Numbered from the stretch's first letter, positions 15,089 through 24,245 are shown. The stretch: DNA of 32,532 bases from Comamonadaceae bacterium (GCA_043758475.1 JAYVNK010000315.1:1-32532); one strand, 5' to 3'. Numbers and translations: made by a program. The notes: generated from the letters alone by a model not told the origin.

Positions 15089-16159
15089 ATGCCCATTTCA
15101 CGTCGTGAGCTCCTCGGTGCCGGTGCGCTTGCGCCCGTCCTGTCTTCTTGCGCCACCAACCTATCTCGGTTCAGCGACGAGCTGTTGCCCGATCTTGCCG
15201 CAAGGCTGGGTGTTTGCGCAGCCAGCTACGTCATCTTGAATGCAGGAAAGCCCAATGCACCTGTGGCCGTTTCAGGCTGCGCATCGGCTACAGCCATGCC
15301 GCCTGACGCAATTTTCCAGGCGGCGTCGCTCACCAAACCCATCATCGCATTCGTTGCGCTGCAACTGGTACGGGACGGCAAGCTCGACTTGCGCGCCCCG
15401 GTGTCGCATTACCTGCCAAACGGTTATGCACACCGCCAGAATCCATTCAAAAATCCGAACGACAAAAGCCAGGTCGATCAGGTCACTGCACAGACACTGG
15501 CGCGCATTCCCGTGGCAACCTTGCTCAACCACAGCTCCGGTTTGCCCAACTGGACGCGCAGTGCGCTGTCACCCGAGTTCACCCCAGGCACGCGGTGGCA
15601 GTATTCGGGCGAAGCCTATGGGCTGTTGCAGGCGGTCGTCGGCGCCGTGACCGAACAGGATATTGAATCAGTCGTACGCAGGCACGTCTTTGATCCGCTC
15701 AACATGCCGCACAGTCGGCTGCGCCTTACCGAAGACATCCGCAAGCACGCTGTGGCCGGCACGTCGTGGCGCGGCGGGGTCACCCAGTTCGACTTCAATG
15801 AACCCAACGCGGCGGCTTCGCTATACACCACGGCAAAGGACTATGGGAACTTCATGGCGGGCTGGCTGGCCGACGCCCCGCTACTGTCGTTGACGGTCAG
15901 CAACCCCATTGCAACGGTGCCGGAGCTTGGCCTTTCCTGGGGCTATGGCTGGGGCATCGAGACAGCAGCCGGTGGCCCCTACCTGTGGCAGTGGGGCAAC
16001 AACCCCGGGTTTCGGGCCTTTGCGATGATCCCAGTGTCTTCTGGTAACGGCTACGTCTTGCTCACCAACAGCGAACACGCAATGCCGCTGGCCGCGCCGC
16101 TCGCCCGCTCAGTGGTTCCAGCCGATCATGGTGTGTTTAGGTTCAGCATGCTGGACTGA
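15089..16159 (+). CDS. beta-lactamase-family serine hydrolase, Tat/lipoprotein-like signal
   Basis: MPISRRELLGAGALAPVLSSC signal. S-x-x-K motif in QAASLTKPIIAFVALQLV and a downstream YSGEAY region. Start chosen at ATG 15089 rather than the TTG at 15011. Confidence 0.8.
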   Translation: MPISRRELLGAGALAPVLSSCATNLSRFSDELLPDLAARLGVCAASYVILNAGKPNAPVAVSGCASATAMPPDAIFQAASLTKPIIAFVALQLVRDGKLDLRAPVSHYLPNGYAHRQNPFKNPNDKSQVDQVTAQTLARIPVATLLNHSSGLPNWTRSALSPEFTPGTRWQYSGEAYGLLQAVVGAVTEQDIESVVRRHVFDPLNMPHSRLRLTEDIRKHAVAGTSWRGGVTQFDFNEPNAAASLYTTAKDYGNFMAGWLADAPLLSLTVSNPIATVPELGLSWGYGWGIETAAGGPYLWQWGNNPGFRAFAMIPVSSGNGYVLLTNSEHAMPLAAPLARSVVPADHGVFRFSMLD

Positions 16160-16270
16160 GCTGCGACGCGGCCACAGTCCCAATGCGCAGACGGGCTCAG
16201 GCGCGAAGTCGATAAATCCGATCACGGCTGCGAATGCACCTTGGTTGGCCACTGCATCCAAAAAAACACC

Positions 16271-16705
16271 ATGATAAAAACAAACACTGGCCAAGCACCA
16301 TCCGCATCCGAGCTCATTTCGCAGCGAATCGCCGACCTCGCTGACTGGCGCGGGGAAACTCTCGGCAGAATGCGCAAGCTTATCCAGCAGGCAGACCCGG
16401 CCGTAGTCGAAGAGTGGAAGTGGGTCTCACCCACCAAACCCGGCACGCTTGTCTGGTCGCACGACGGCATCATCTGCACGGGCGAACCGTATAAGGACAA
16501 GGTGAAGCTGACCATCGCCACGGGCGCGGCCCTGAAGGACCCGGCACGCCTCTTCAACGCGAGCCTTGACGGCAACGCGCGCCGCGCGATTGACATCTTT
16601 GAGGGGCGAGAAGTTGATGAGGCTGCCTTCAACGGGCTTGTCCGCCAGGCAATCGGCCTCAACAGCGCGGGCAAGTTGAAGCCTGCGAAGAAAGCTAAGC
16701 CTTGA
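16271..16705 (+). CDS. DUF1801 (YdhG-like) domain protein
   Basis: 144 aa from MIKTNT. The ISQRIADLADWRGETLGRMRKLIQQADPAVVEEWKW pattern is typical of DUF1801. Confidence 0.7.
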   Translation: MIKTNTGQAPSASELISQRIADLADWRGETLGRMRKLIQQADPAVVEEWKWVSPTKPGTLVWSHDGIICTGEPYKDKVKLTIATGAALKDPARLFNASLDGNARRAIDIFEGREVDEAAFNGLVRQAIGLNSAGKLKPAKKAKP

Positions 16706-16766
16706 CGCATTGCGGCTATGTAGTTTTGAGCCAGGCCGCGAAATTCCAAACCAAAGCGAGAAACGA

Positions 16767-17152
16767 ATGACTGTGATTTTGCACAACCCACCCGAGGTGT
16801 TCCCGCCCTGCCGTTGCTATGCGCACGCCACAGAGGTCAGCGCGGGTCCCGCACGCTTTACATCAGCGGCTTGAACGGGTTCAATGTTGATGGAAAGACC
16901 CTGCCCGAATCGTTCGAAGAGCAGGCAGAGTTGATCTGGCAGCACATGGGCACGATTCTCAAGTCAGCGGGCATGGGCATGGGCAATTTGGTGTCGCCTC
17001 GCGTGTAGCTGGCCGACCCCAAGTACGACGAGGCGAACGTGCTGATGAGGGTCAAACACCTCGGAACGCACCGTGTCGCTTTGACGGTGGTTTGCTCGCA
17101 GCTGCTGGATCCGCGCTGGAAGCTGGAGATGGAGGCCGTGGCTGCAGGCTGA
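16767..17152 (+). pseudogene. RidA/YjgF-family protein with one frameshift and one in-frame TAG
   Basis: ATG 16767 gives MTVILHNPPEVF..YAHATEVSAG. Homology then continues in another frame (SRTLYISGLNGFN...), with the shift at the GGG run 16844..16846. TAG at 17006..17008 interrupts ..NLVSPRV*LADPKYDE.., after which the frame continues to TGA 17150..17152. Confidence 0.75.
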
Positions 17153-17226
17153 ATCCTGCACCGCATGCGCAGCACCCAACCCAGCTAGCAAGCGTGCCGG
17201 GTGGCTGTGGAGGATCGTAGCGGAGG

Positions 17227-17373
17227 ATTCGCGCATGCTGCAACGCCGGGTGCGCCAACCATCGCATTCGCGCTGCTCAATCAGCGAACTACAAACACAT
17301 CTGCGCAAGCTCGTAGCGCAGAGCAGCCACGGACGCCCGGCGCGTTCGCCAACCGAGTCTGCGCGGTGCCAGG
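17227..17373 (+). repeat. 140-bp repeat, copy B
   Basis: See copy A (5125..5263). It has the same orientation and lies in the 325-bp spacer upstream of the second serine hydrolase. Confidence 0.85.
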
Positions 17374-17478
17374 TCTTCGTCCCGTGAACGTCATTCAACA
17401 ACGCAAATAAAAGCCGGTCAAAGCGACCCGACTCCCCGTGCAATACACTCGCAATTCCCCTCCCACAGGACGATCAAT

Positions 17479-18753
17479 ATGAACCCAGGCACACAGAACT
17501 TTGACGGCAGAGACTACCCCGATGCCGCGTCGTCCGACCCAACCGCTCTGGGCTGGATGCAGGGCACGCCGCCGCCGCTGGACAAGCGCATCCGCTTTGA
17601 AGACGACCGGTTTTTCAACTTCCCGCAGATCCGCTGGAGCCTTTCGCACATGCGGGAGCTGGTGCCTACTGTGAACGTGTGGCGCGGCGCAGGTGCTGCC
17701 AGCGACCTGGGCACGGTGGACGGCAGCACCGCCGCCGCCATTGACGCCCTGACGTTCAAAGACATGAACGGCCAGACGCGCAACTGGGCCGATTCCCTGG
17801 CCGACACCTACACCGACAGCATCGTCGTGCTGCACAAAGGCAAGCGGGTGTACGAGCGCAACATCGGCGCGATGCGGCCGCACACGGCGCATGCCTGCTT
17901 CTCCATCACCAAGTCTTACGCGGCCACATTGGCGGCGATGCTGCTGCATGAGGGCGTGCTGGATGAGACCAAGCTCGTTCCGTTTTACCTGCCCGAGATG
18001 GCGGGCACCGCGTATGCCGATGCCACGCTGCGCCAAGTACTGGACATGCAGATTGGCGTGGCGTATTCCGAGGTGTATTCAGACCCCAAGGCGCAGATTT
18101 GGGACTACGCCCGCGCAGGCGGTTTCAGGGCGCGCGCCAAAGGCTATTGCGGGCCGGACAACCTGTACGATTTTTTGCTGACACTCAAAAAAGAAGGCGT
18201 ACACGGAAACGCGTTTGCGTACAAAACCGTCAACACCGAGCTGGTGTGCTGGATCATGAAACGCGTCACCGGCCTGGCGTTGGCCGACCATTTAAGTGAG
18301 CGCATCTGGTCGCGCATTGGCTGCGGGCAGGACGCATATATCAGCGTGGATTCCATCGGCGTGGCATTCGGCGGCGGCGGCCTGAACGCCAGCTTGCGGG
18401 ACCTGGCGCGCTTTGGCGAGCTGATGCGCTGCGACGGCGCGTGCAGCGGCCAGCAGGTGGTGCCCGCCGCAGTGGTGGCAGACATCGCGCGCGGCGCAGA
18501 CCCGGCCAAGTTCACCAAAGCCGGCTACACCCTGCTGCCCGGCTATTCCTACCGCAACATGTGGTGGGTGACGCACAACGCGCACGGCGCTTTTGAAGGG
18601 CGCGGCATCCACGGCCAGCGGCTGTATGTGGCACCCAAGGCCGAGCTGGTGGTAGCGCGGTTTGCGTCGCATCCCATTGCATCCAGCGCGGCCAATGATC
18701 CGATCACCGTGCCGGCGCTTCTGGCTTTGGGGCAGATGCTGATGTCGGAGTAG
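17479..18753 (+). CDS. beta-lactamase-family serine hydrolase (6-aminohexanoate-dimer-hydrolase-like)
   Basis: 424 aa. S-x-x-K in CFSITKSYAATLAAMLL. Overall length and Y/N and GG regions are consistent with class-C-like esterase/amidases. Confidence 0.8.
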   Translation: MNPGTQNFDGRDYPDAASSDPTALGWMQGTPPPLDKRIRFEDDRFFNFPQIRWSLSHMRELVPTVNVWRGAGAASDLGTVDGSTAAAIDALTFKDMNGQTRNWADSLADTYTDSIVVLHKGKRVYERNIGAMRPHTAHACFSITKSYAATLAAMLLHEGVLDETKLVPFYLPEMAGTAYADATLRQVLDMQIGVAYSEVYSDPKAQIWDYARAGGFRARAKGYCGPDNLYDFLLTLKKEGVHGNAFAYKTVNTELVCWIMKRVTGLALADHLSERIWSRIGCGQDAYISVDSIGVAFGGGGLNASLRDLARFGELMRCDGACSGQQVVPAAVVADIARGADPAKFTKAGYTLLPGYSYRNMWWVTHNAHGAFEGRGIHGQRLYVAPKAELVVARFASHPIASSAANDPITVPALLALGQMLMSE

Positions 18754-18774
18754 TTTTTGCCCGGAACAGTAAAC

Positions 18775-18828
18775 GCTATATATTTGATGTCTGACTATGC
18801 ACATTGGACGGGGGCTACAGCCAGATTT
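18775..18828 (-). repeat. AT-rich dispersed repeat, copy R7 (inverse orientation)
   Basis: GCTATATATTTGATGTCTGACTATGCACATTGGACGGGGGCTACAGCCAGATTT matches the reverse complement of R1 (GCTAT..TATGCAC..GGCTACAG). It lies 22 bp after the hydrolase stop and directly before the IS debris. Confidence 0.65.
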
Positions 18829-18851
18829 GACCGCTCAATTTTCGGTCGGCG

Positions 18852-19139
18852 GCAACAATTGATGAGATCGGCTACCTGTCGTACTCCAATCGGCACGCCG
18901 ATTTGTTGTTCGAGTGGGTGAGCCGGCGCTATGAGTCCAAGAGCACGATGGTCACCACCAACAGGGCCTTTGGCGAGTGGAACACGGTGTTTCCCAATGC
19001 CGCCTGCGTCGCCTCCCTGATCGACCGCCTGGTGCACCACTCCGAGTTGATCGACATCGACGGTGAATCGTACCGGTTGAAGGAGGCCAAGGAGCGCGCT
19101 GAGCAACTCGGCGCCAAACGTAAACGGGCCAAATCATGA
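18852..19139 (+). mobile_element. istB: IS21-family IstB helper ATPase, 5'-truncated C-terminal fragment
   Basis: The in-frame translation from about 18852 reads ..[79 protein letters not shown]. This is the Walker B to C-terminus of IstB. There is no Walker A, and a stop lies in frame at 18828..18830. Confidence 0.8.
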
Positions 19140-19360
19140 AACCCCAGCTCTTGCCATCAGGTCTACAGCAGGGTATCGCCTTGATCATCCAGAACGACTG
19201 GTCCACCAAGCAAGTAGTGGCGGTGGTGGAGTTGCTGGCTGACCTGCAAGAAGTCATCTGCCGCCACTACCAGCGGCAAATCCACGAGTTCATGCGCCAG
19301 GATCGTGGCACCGGGCCAAACTCGTACAGCGACATCCATGACGATGACGTTCCGTTCTGA
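19136..19360 (+). CDS. 74-aa hypothetical protein with SSB-like acidic C-terminal tip (..DIHDDDVPF)
   Basis: The ATG overlaps the istB stop (ATGA). Codon usage looks coding. It ends in DDDVPF followed by stop, and a 15-bp perfect hairpin lies 21 nt downstream. Confidence 0.5.
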   Translation: MKPQLLPSGLQQGIALIIQNDWSTKQVVAVVELLADLQEVICRHYQRQIHEFMRQDRGTGPNSYSDIHDDDVPF

Positions 19361-19381
19361 TTCGCGTTGCAACTCTGTCGA

Positions 19382-19415
19382 AATAGCCAAGGGGCCCCAG
19401 GGCCCCTTGGCTATT
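19382..19415. terminator. perfect 15-bp stem, 4-nt loop hairpin
   Basis: AATAGCCAAGGGGCC-CCAG-GGCCCCTTGGCTATT. It could be a terminator or an IS-end structure. There is no T tract. Confidence 0.5.
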
Positions 19416-19451
19416 GGCGAGTCGGCTCCACACGACTCTGCCCCATATGCG

Positions 19452-19772
19452 CGCTTCCATGCAGCCGGTAACAGCTGTGTCGATGAGGTCAGTCAGTGGC
19501 AGGTCCAGGCTTGTGTGCAAGGCATCATCGAGGCCTTTTTGCTGCCTCTTTTGGCGTTGATCATCGCGCAGTTTCCCTTTGAGATTGCAGGCTTTCACTC
19601 TGACAATGGCTCAGAGTACATCAACCGGCAGGTTGCGCAGATGCTCAACAAGCTCAACATCGAGCAGACCAAATCACGCGCCCGCCACAGCAACGACAAC
19701 GCCCTGGCCCAGAGCAAGAATGCCAGCGTGGTGCGTAAGCACATGGGCTACAGCCCTATCGTGACGGGTTAA
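19452..19772 (+). mobile_element. DDE (rve/integrase-core) transposase fragment, both ends missing
   Basis: ..VDEVSQWQVQACVQGIIEAFLLPLLALIIAQFPFEIAGFHSDNGSEYINRQVAQMLNKLNIEQTKSRARHSNDNALAQSKNASVVRKHMGY is an integrase catalytic core (D..D..E region: HSDNGSEY, NALAQSKN). The N-terminal DNA-binding part is absent and the frame stops early at 19772. Confidence 0.75.
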
Positions 19773-20051
19773 GACGGAAGCGTTCGCTGGCCCTGGCGGC
19801 GCGGGTTGATGCATATGGGTACATTGCATGACCGCAGGGCACCTCCGGTGGCCTGGCAGGGGCCTTGAGTGAAGAAAATCGAAGACACATGCAAACCGCC
19901 TAAACTGCCCGATTCAACCCGGTCAACCTTCGCACCCGATATCGCCCAATCAATCCTTCTTCAGGCTCATACCTGGATTGGAAAATACTCTGGCAATTGA
20001 AGCAAGCGGCGCTTCAGCTCCTGCTTCGGGCTCACGCGGTTGCTGGAGCGC

Positions 20052-21533
20052 TTATTTTCCTATGCAAAACCTGGAAAAAATCACCCCCAGAAGGTCATCC
20101 GAGGTGAATTCCCCGGTGATCTCATTGACGGCATTCTGGGCCAGCCGCAGCTCTTCCGCCAGCAGGTCCAGCGCCTGCGCCTGGTGGCCAAGCTGAATAG
20201 CCGCCTGCGCCAGGTGCGCCTGCACGCGCTTGAGTGCCTGCACATGCCGCTCGCGCGCAATGTAGACCCCTTGCGCGCCAGACTGCCAGCCCGCAATGTC
20301 AAGCAGGCGCTGGCGCAGCGCGTCCAGCCCTTGGCCGGTTTTGGCTGAGAGCCGCAGCGGCAATGAATCCGTCGCCGGCATCTCAACACTTGCGGCGGGA
20401 CGGTCCGCGACGGCGACCGCTGTAGCAGCGCGCACGGCAGCCGCGCCGGGCGTGGCCACCGCGTCTGACTTGCTCCAGACGTTGACAATTGGCACATTTT
20501 TTGGAAGATTTAGAGCTATAGCCCTTTCTATATCTATATCTTCTGCTATGTAATTAGAAGTATTGATGCGCGTCAGGTCATGCAAAAACAGCACTGCGTC
20601 GGCGGCGAATATCTCGTCCCACGCGCGCGCGATGCCAATTTTTTCGACCTCGTCGTGGCTGTCGCGCAGGCCTGCCGTGTCCACAATGTGCACCGGCACG
20701 CCCTCGATCTGGATGGTTTGCTGCACTTTGTCGCGCGTCGTGCCAGCCACGGGCGTAACGATGGCCAGCTCGGCACCGGCCAGCGCATTGAGCAGGGATG
20801 ATTTGCCGGCGTTGGGTTGTCCGGCAATCACCACCTTAATGCCCTCGCGAAGCAACACCCCCTGCCGGGCGCGCTGCATCACGCCAGCCAATCGCTGCTG
20901 CAACGCGGCCAGTTGGCCCATGGCATCGGCCTTGCGCAGGAAATCAATCTCTTCTTCCGGAAAATCCAGCGTGGCTTCAACCAGCATGCGCAGGTGAATG
21001 AGAGCATCGCGCAGGGTATGGATTTCGCTGGAGAACTCGCCCGCCAGGGAGCGGCTGGCGCTGCGGGCCGCTGCCTCGGTACTGGCGTCAATCAGGTCGG
21101 CCACCGCTTCGGCCTGGGCCAAATCCATTTTGTCGTTCAGAAAAGCACGCTGGGTAAACTCCCCCGGGTTTGCAACGCGCATGCCGGGCAGCCAGGACGC
21201 GCCGGTGGCCGGGTTGAGAGCCAAACCCGCTTCGATGCAGCGCGCCAGCAGCAATTGCAGCACCACCGGCCCGCCATGGGCCTGCAGTTCCAGCACATCT
21301 TCACCGGTGTAAGAGTTGGGGGCAGGGAAGTGGATCGCGAGGCCCTGGTCGATGATGCTCCCGTCGGCGGCCCGAAATGCCAGGTAGGTGGCTTCACGGG
21401 GCTTGAGTGCCCGGCAGCAGATGGCGGCAATCACGGGTGCAACCGACGCGCCAGAAGCACGCACCACACCCACTGCGCCGCGTCCCGGTGCGGTAGCAAT
21501 TGCGACGATGGGGTCACTTTCGCTATTTAGCAT
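20052..21533 (-). CDS. mnmE: tRNA modification GTPase MnmE
   Basis: [21 protein letters not shown]-terminus, G1 [15 protein letters not shown]3 DTAGLR and C-terminal FCIGK. Start taken at ATG 21533; a TTG at 21536 is also in frame. Confidence 0.92.
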   Translation of the reverse strand: MLNSESDPIVAIATAPGRGAVGVVRASGASVAPVIAAICCRALKPREATYLAFRAADGSIIDQGLAIHFPAPNSYTGEDVLELQAHGGPVVLQLLLARCIEAGLALNPATGASWLPGMRVANPGEFTQRAFLNDKMDLAQAEAVADLIDASTEAAARSASRSLAGEFSSEIHTLRDALIHLRMLVEATLDFPEEEIDFLRKADAMGQLAALQQRLAGVMQRARQGVLLREGIKVVIAGQPNAGKSSLLNALAGAELAIVTPVAGTTRDKVQQTIQIEGVPVHIVDTAGLRDSHDEVEKIGIARAWDEIFAADAVLFLHDLTRINTSNYIAEDIDIERAIALNLPKNVPIVNVWSKSDAVATPGAAAVRAATAVAVADRPAASVEMPATDSLPLRLSAKTGQGLDALRQRLLDIAGWQSGAQGVYIARERHVQALKRVQAHLAQAAIQLGHQAQALDLLAEELRLAQNAVNEITGEFTSDDLLGVIFSRFCIGK

Positions 21534-21535
21534 CA

Positions 21536-21594
21536 AATAATGCCTCTAGCCCTAGTCAGCACTGCGCATCTAGCTATTTATTTTATAACATAGC
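21536..21594 (+). repeat. AT-rich dispersed repeat, copy R3
   Basis: AAATAATGCCTCTAGCCCTAGTCAGCACTGCGCATCTAGCTATTTATTTTATAACATAGC fills the yidC-mnmE spacer. Confidence 0.75.
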
Positions 21595-21607
21595 ATGCTT
21601 TTGCGCT

Positions 21608-23350
21608 TTACCCGAATTTCGGCAAGTTGAACTGCGGCGGCACGCCCATGCGGGTGTTGATGATCCACTGCTGGGCGATCGACAGCACGTTGTTGGTAAT
21701 CCAGTACAGCACCAGGCCAGCCGGGAAGAAAAAGAACATCACCGAGAACGCCAGCGGCATGAACCACATCAGCTTGGCCTGCATCGGATCGGGCGGCGCG
21801 GGGTTCAGCGCAGTTTGCAGCATGGTGGTGGCCGTCATCACCAGCGGCAGCACAAAAAACGGATCGGGCGACGACAGGTCGTGGATCCACAGCGCCCACG
21901 GCGCGTTGCGCATCTCCACGCTGGACAGCAGCACCCAGTACAGCGCAATGAACACCGGGATTTGCACCATGATCGGGAAGCAGCCGCCCATGGGATTGAC
22001 TTTTTCTTCGCGGTAAATGCGCATCATCTCCTGCTGCATTTGCTGCGGGTTGTCCTTGAGGCGCTCGCGCATCTCGATCACCTTGGGGTTGATGGCTTTC
22101 ATTTTGGCCATGCTGGCATAAGCCTTCGCATTGAGCCAGTAAAACGCGATTTTCAACAGTACCACCAGCGCCACGATGGACCAGCCCCAGTTGCCGAGGA
22201 AGCTGTGCAGCTTGTCCAGCAGCCAGTACAGCGGCTTGGCCAGGATGGTGAGCCAGCCGTAGTCTTTGACAAGTTCCAGGCCGGGGGCCAGCGATTCAAG
22301 CACTTTCTCTTCCTGCGGACCGGCAAAGAACCGTGCCTCAATGGCTTTGGTGGCACCCGGCGCAATGGTATCCACCGGCGTGATCATGCCGACCGAGTAC
22401 AGGTTGGTGTCCACCTTGCGCATGAACAGGTCGCGCTTGATGCCGTCACCCAGCATCCAGGCGGTGGCAAAGTAGTGCTGCACCATGGCCACATAGCCGT
22501 TGCTGGCCTGCTTTTCAATATCAACCTTGTTTTTCTCAATGTCGGTGAATTCGACTTTCTGGTACTTTTGCGCCTCGGTGTACACCGCTGGCCCCGTGAA
22601 CGTCGAGTAGAAAGAAGATTCGCCTGGGGGCTTGTTGCCATCGCGCACCAGCTGCAAATAGAGTTGCGGCGACACGGGTGTAGCGCCGTTGTTCACTACC
22701 TCGTGCTTGACCGCAATGGCGTAGGAACCACGGGTCAGCGTGTAGGTCTTGATCAGCCTGACCGCGCCTTGCTCAGGCGATTCAAACTTGATGACCAACT
22801 GGTTGCTGCCGTCTTTGAGGGCCCGCTCGCCCGGCACCACCGACATCACGGTCTTGTGCGTGGGGAAGGTGCCAGCGGGCGCGCCTGTGCTGCCGGCAAT
22901 CAGGCCGGTCTGGGCGACGTAGGTGCGGTCTTTGCTTTCGTCCAGCAAAATGAAGTTTTTGCTTTTGTCGGCCATGTCAATGTGCTTGACGAACTCGGCC
23001 TGCACCAGCGAGCCGCCCTCGGTGTCCAGCGTGAGCTTGAGCACATCGGTGGTAACAACCAGCCGCTCACGCGGCGCGGCCACAGCAGGCTGGGGCGCAA
23101 CGCCAGGCACCTGCGCGGTCGCTGCGCCGGGGTTGGCTACTGGCACGGGGTTGGAAACTGCATTGCCAATGGGCACGCCGGTTGCGGGCGCTATCGACGC
23201 GCCAGGCGCTTTGGCTCCGGTGGACTCCACCTTGGCAGGCGTCGGGAAAAACGTGGCCTTATGGCCGGTATAAACCTGCCACTGGTCCCACAGCAGAACC
23301 ATGGAAAAACCAAAGATCACCCACAAAATGGTGCGCCGGATGTCGTTCAT
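21608..23350 (-). CDS. yidC: membrane protein insertase YidC
   Basis: 580 aa. N-terminal TM, large periplasmic domain, and C-terminal conserved core (..GCFPIMVQIPVFIALYWVL..). Position after yidD/rnpA/rpmH. Confidence 0.95.
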   Translation of the reverse strand: MNDIRRTILWVIFGFSMVLLWDQWQVYTGHKATFFPTPAKVESTGAKAPGASIAPATGVPIGNAVSNPVPVANPGAATAQVPGVAPQPAVAAPRERLVVTTDVLKLTLDTEGGSLVQAEFVKHIDMADKSKNFILLDESKDRTYVAQTGLIAGSTGAPAGTFPTHKTVMSVVPGERALKDGSNQLVIKFESPEQGAVRLIKTYTLTRGSYAIAVKHEVVNNGATPVSPQLYLQLVRDGNKPPGESSFYSTFTGPAVYTEAQKYQKVEFTDIEKNKVDIEKQASNGYVAMVQHYFATAWMLGDGIKRDLFMRKVDTNLYSVGMITPVDTIAPGATKAIEARFFAGPQEEKVLESLAPGLELVKDYGWLTILAKPLYWLLDKLHSFLGNWGWSIVALVVLLKIAFYWLNAKAYASMAKMKAINPKVIEMRERLKDNPQQMQQEMMRIYREEKVNPMGGCFPIMVQIPVFIALYWVLLSSVEMRNAPWALWIHDLSSPDPFFVLPLVMTATTMLQTALNPAPPDPMQAKLMWFMPLAFSVMFFFFPAGLVLYWITNNVLSIAQQWIINTRMGVPPQFNLPKFG

Positions 23351-23637
23351 GAGGGAGTCTTATGAGAAAAAGGAGATAGCAGCCGACTAAACAGCCGAGG
23401 GGAATCGATGGGAGCGCTGGCAACTTGGGGCACCGCGTCATGCCCGCCCTCGCACCACGGGTTGCACCGGGCCAGGCGCTTCAGGGTCAGATAACTGCCC
23501 TTGGCTGCGCCATGCCGCTCAAGCACGCCGATTGAATAAACCGAACACGTGGGCTCAAACCGGCAGGCCGAACCCAGCCACGGGCTCAGCAGCAGCCGGT
23601 AGGCTTTAACGGTCAGGATGAGCGCGGCTTTGATCAT
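23347..23637 (-). CDS. yidD: membrane protein insertion efficiency factor YidD
   Basis: YRLLLSPWLGSACRFEPTCSVYSIGVLERHGAAKGSYLTLKRLARCNPW motif. 4-nt overlap with yidC. Confidence 0.9.
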   Translation of the reverse strand: MIKAALILTVKAYRLLLSPWLGSACRFEPTCSVYSIGVLERHGAAKGSYLTLKRLARCNPWCEGGHDAVPQVASAPIDSPRLFSRLLSPFSHKTPS

Positions 23638-23701
23638 CGGCTTGTCAAGGATTTATCATGGTTTGGTCGCTGAATCTTCACGGGTTCTGCCACGGCCAGG
23701 A

Positions 23702-24181
23702 TCACGCCGCACGTGCCATCTGCTGCGACCCCGCTGCCGCCCTGGCAAAAAGCTGAACCAACTCCAGGCGGACTGCCGCCTTGAGCACGTCTGACGTTGC
23801 GCTGGGGTAAGCCGCCTTGTCAAACCCGGCTCGCAGGCGCACCACGTGAGCCGCTGGTTTGAGGCAAGCTTCTGCCAAGGTGCCCACGTGGTAGATTTGC
23901 CGCTTGATGGCGTTGCGGGTGACGGCACGTTTGGCCCACCGCTTGGGCACCATGGCACCCATCCACACGTCGCACACCTCAAACAACGGCCTGGCTGGCA
24001 TGGCTTGGTTTTTTTGTTGAGCCTCCTCAGTGGACGCGGAAGAGCCTACAGGCAAGGCGGCGGCGGGCGGGGCATCAGGCGGGTTCAGCACCAGGCGATG
24101 CAGGGCGAAATGGGCCGTGCGCGCAAGGGTGCTGCCCGCCATCACAGCCTGGAATTGCGTTCGCGTTTTCAGCCGCTGCAC
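23702..24181 (-). CDS. rnpA: ribonuclease P protein component
   Basis: GTG start. KRWAKRAVTRNAIKRQIY (RNR-type motif). Position immediately downstream of rpmH. Carries an Ala/Pro-rich insertion near the N-terminus. Confidence 0.85.
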   Translation of the reverse strand: MQRLKTRTQFQAVMAGSTLARTAHFALHRLVLNPPDAPPAAALPVGSSASTEEAQQKNQAMPARPLFEVCDVWMGAMVPKRWAKRAVTRNAIKRQIYHVGTLAEACLKPAAHVVRLRAGFDKAAYPSATSDVLKAAVRLELVQLFARAAAGSQQMARAA

Positions 24182-24245
24182 GATTTCAAGGCGTAAGCGC
24201 CGCGCTTGCCTGCCGCCGCGCCACTACAGCCGCGCAACGTTGAGA

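Noticed and set aside
17235-17408. 57-codon ORF with a GGAGGA-N7-ATG context inside copy B of the 140-bp repeat (counterpart ATG at 5133 in copy A)
   Set aside because: The two copies share only MLQRR before diverging, because the inter-block spacers differ by non-multiples of 3. The products are Arg/Ser/Pro-rich and not conserved, so the repeat is treated as non-coding.
14808-17440. Shared AAAGCGACCCG-ac-c-GTGCA motif upstream of both serine hydrolase genes (about 14808 and about 17413)
   Set aside because: The exact core is only 11 nt and the distances to the starts are very different (about 260 vs about 45 bp). This is within chance expectation for this window size.
21500-23365. 621-aa plus-strand ORF, the longest non-annotated ORF in the track
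   Set aside because: It is entirely antisense to yidC and part of mnmE. The Arg/Gly/His-rich low-complexity translation is typical of antisense frames in high-GC DNA, and yidC on the other strand has unmistakable motifs.
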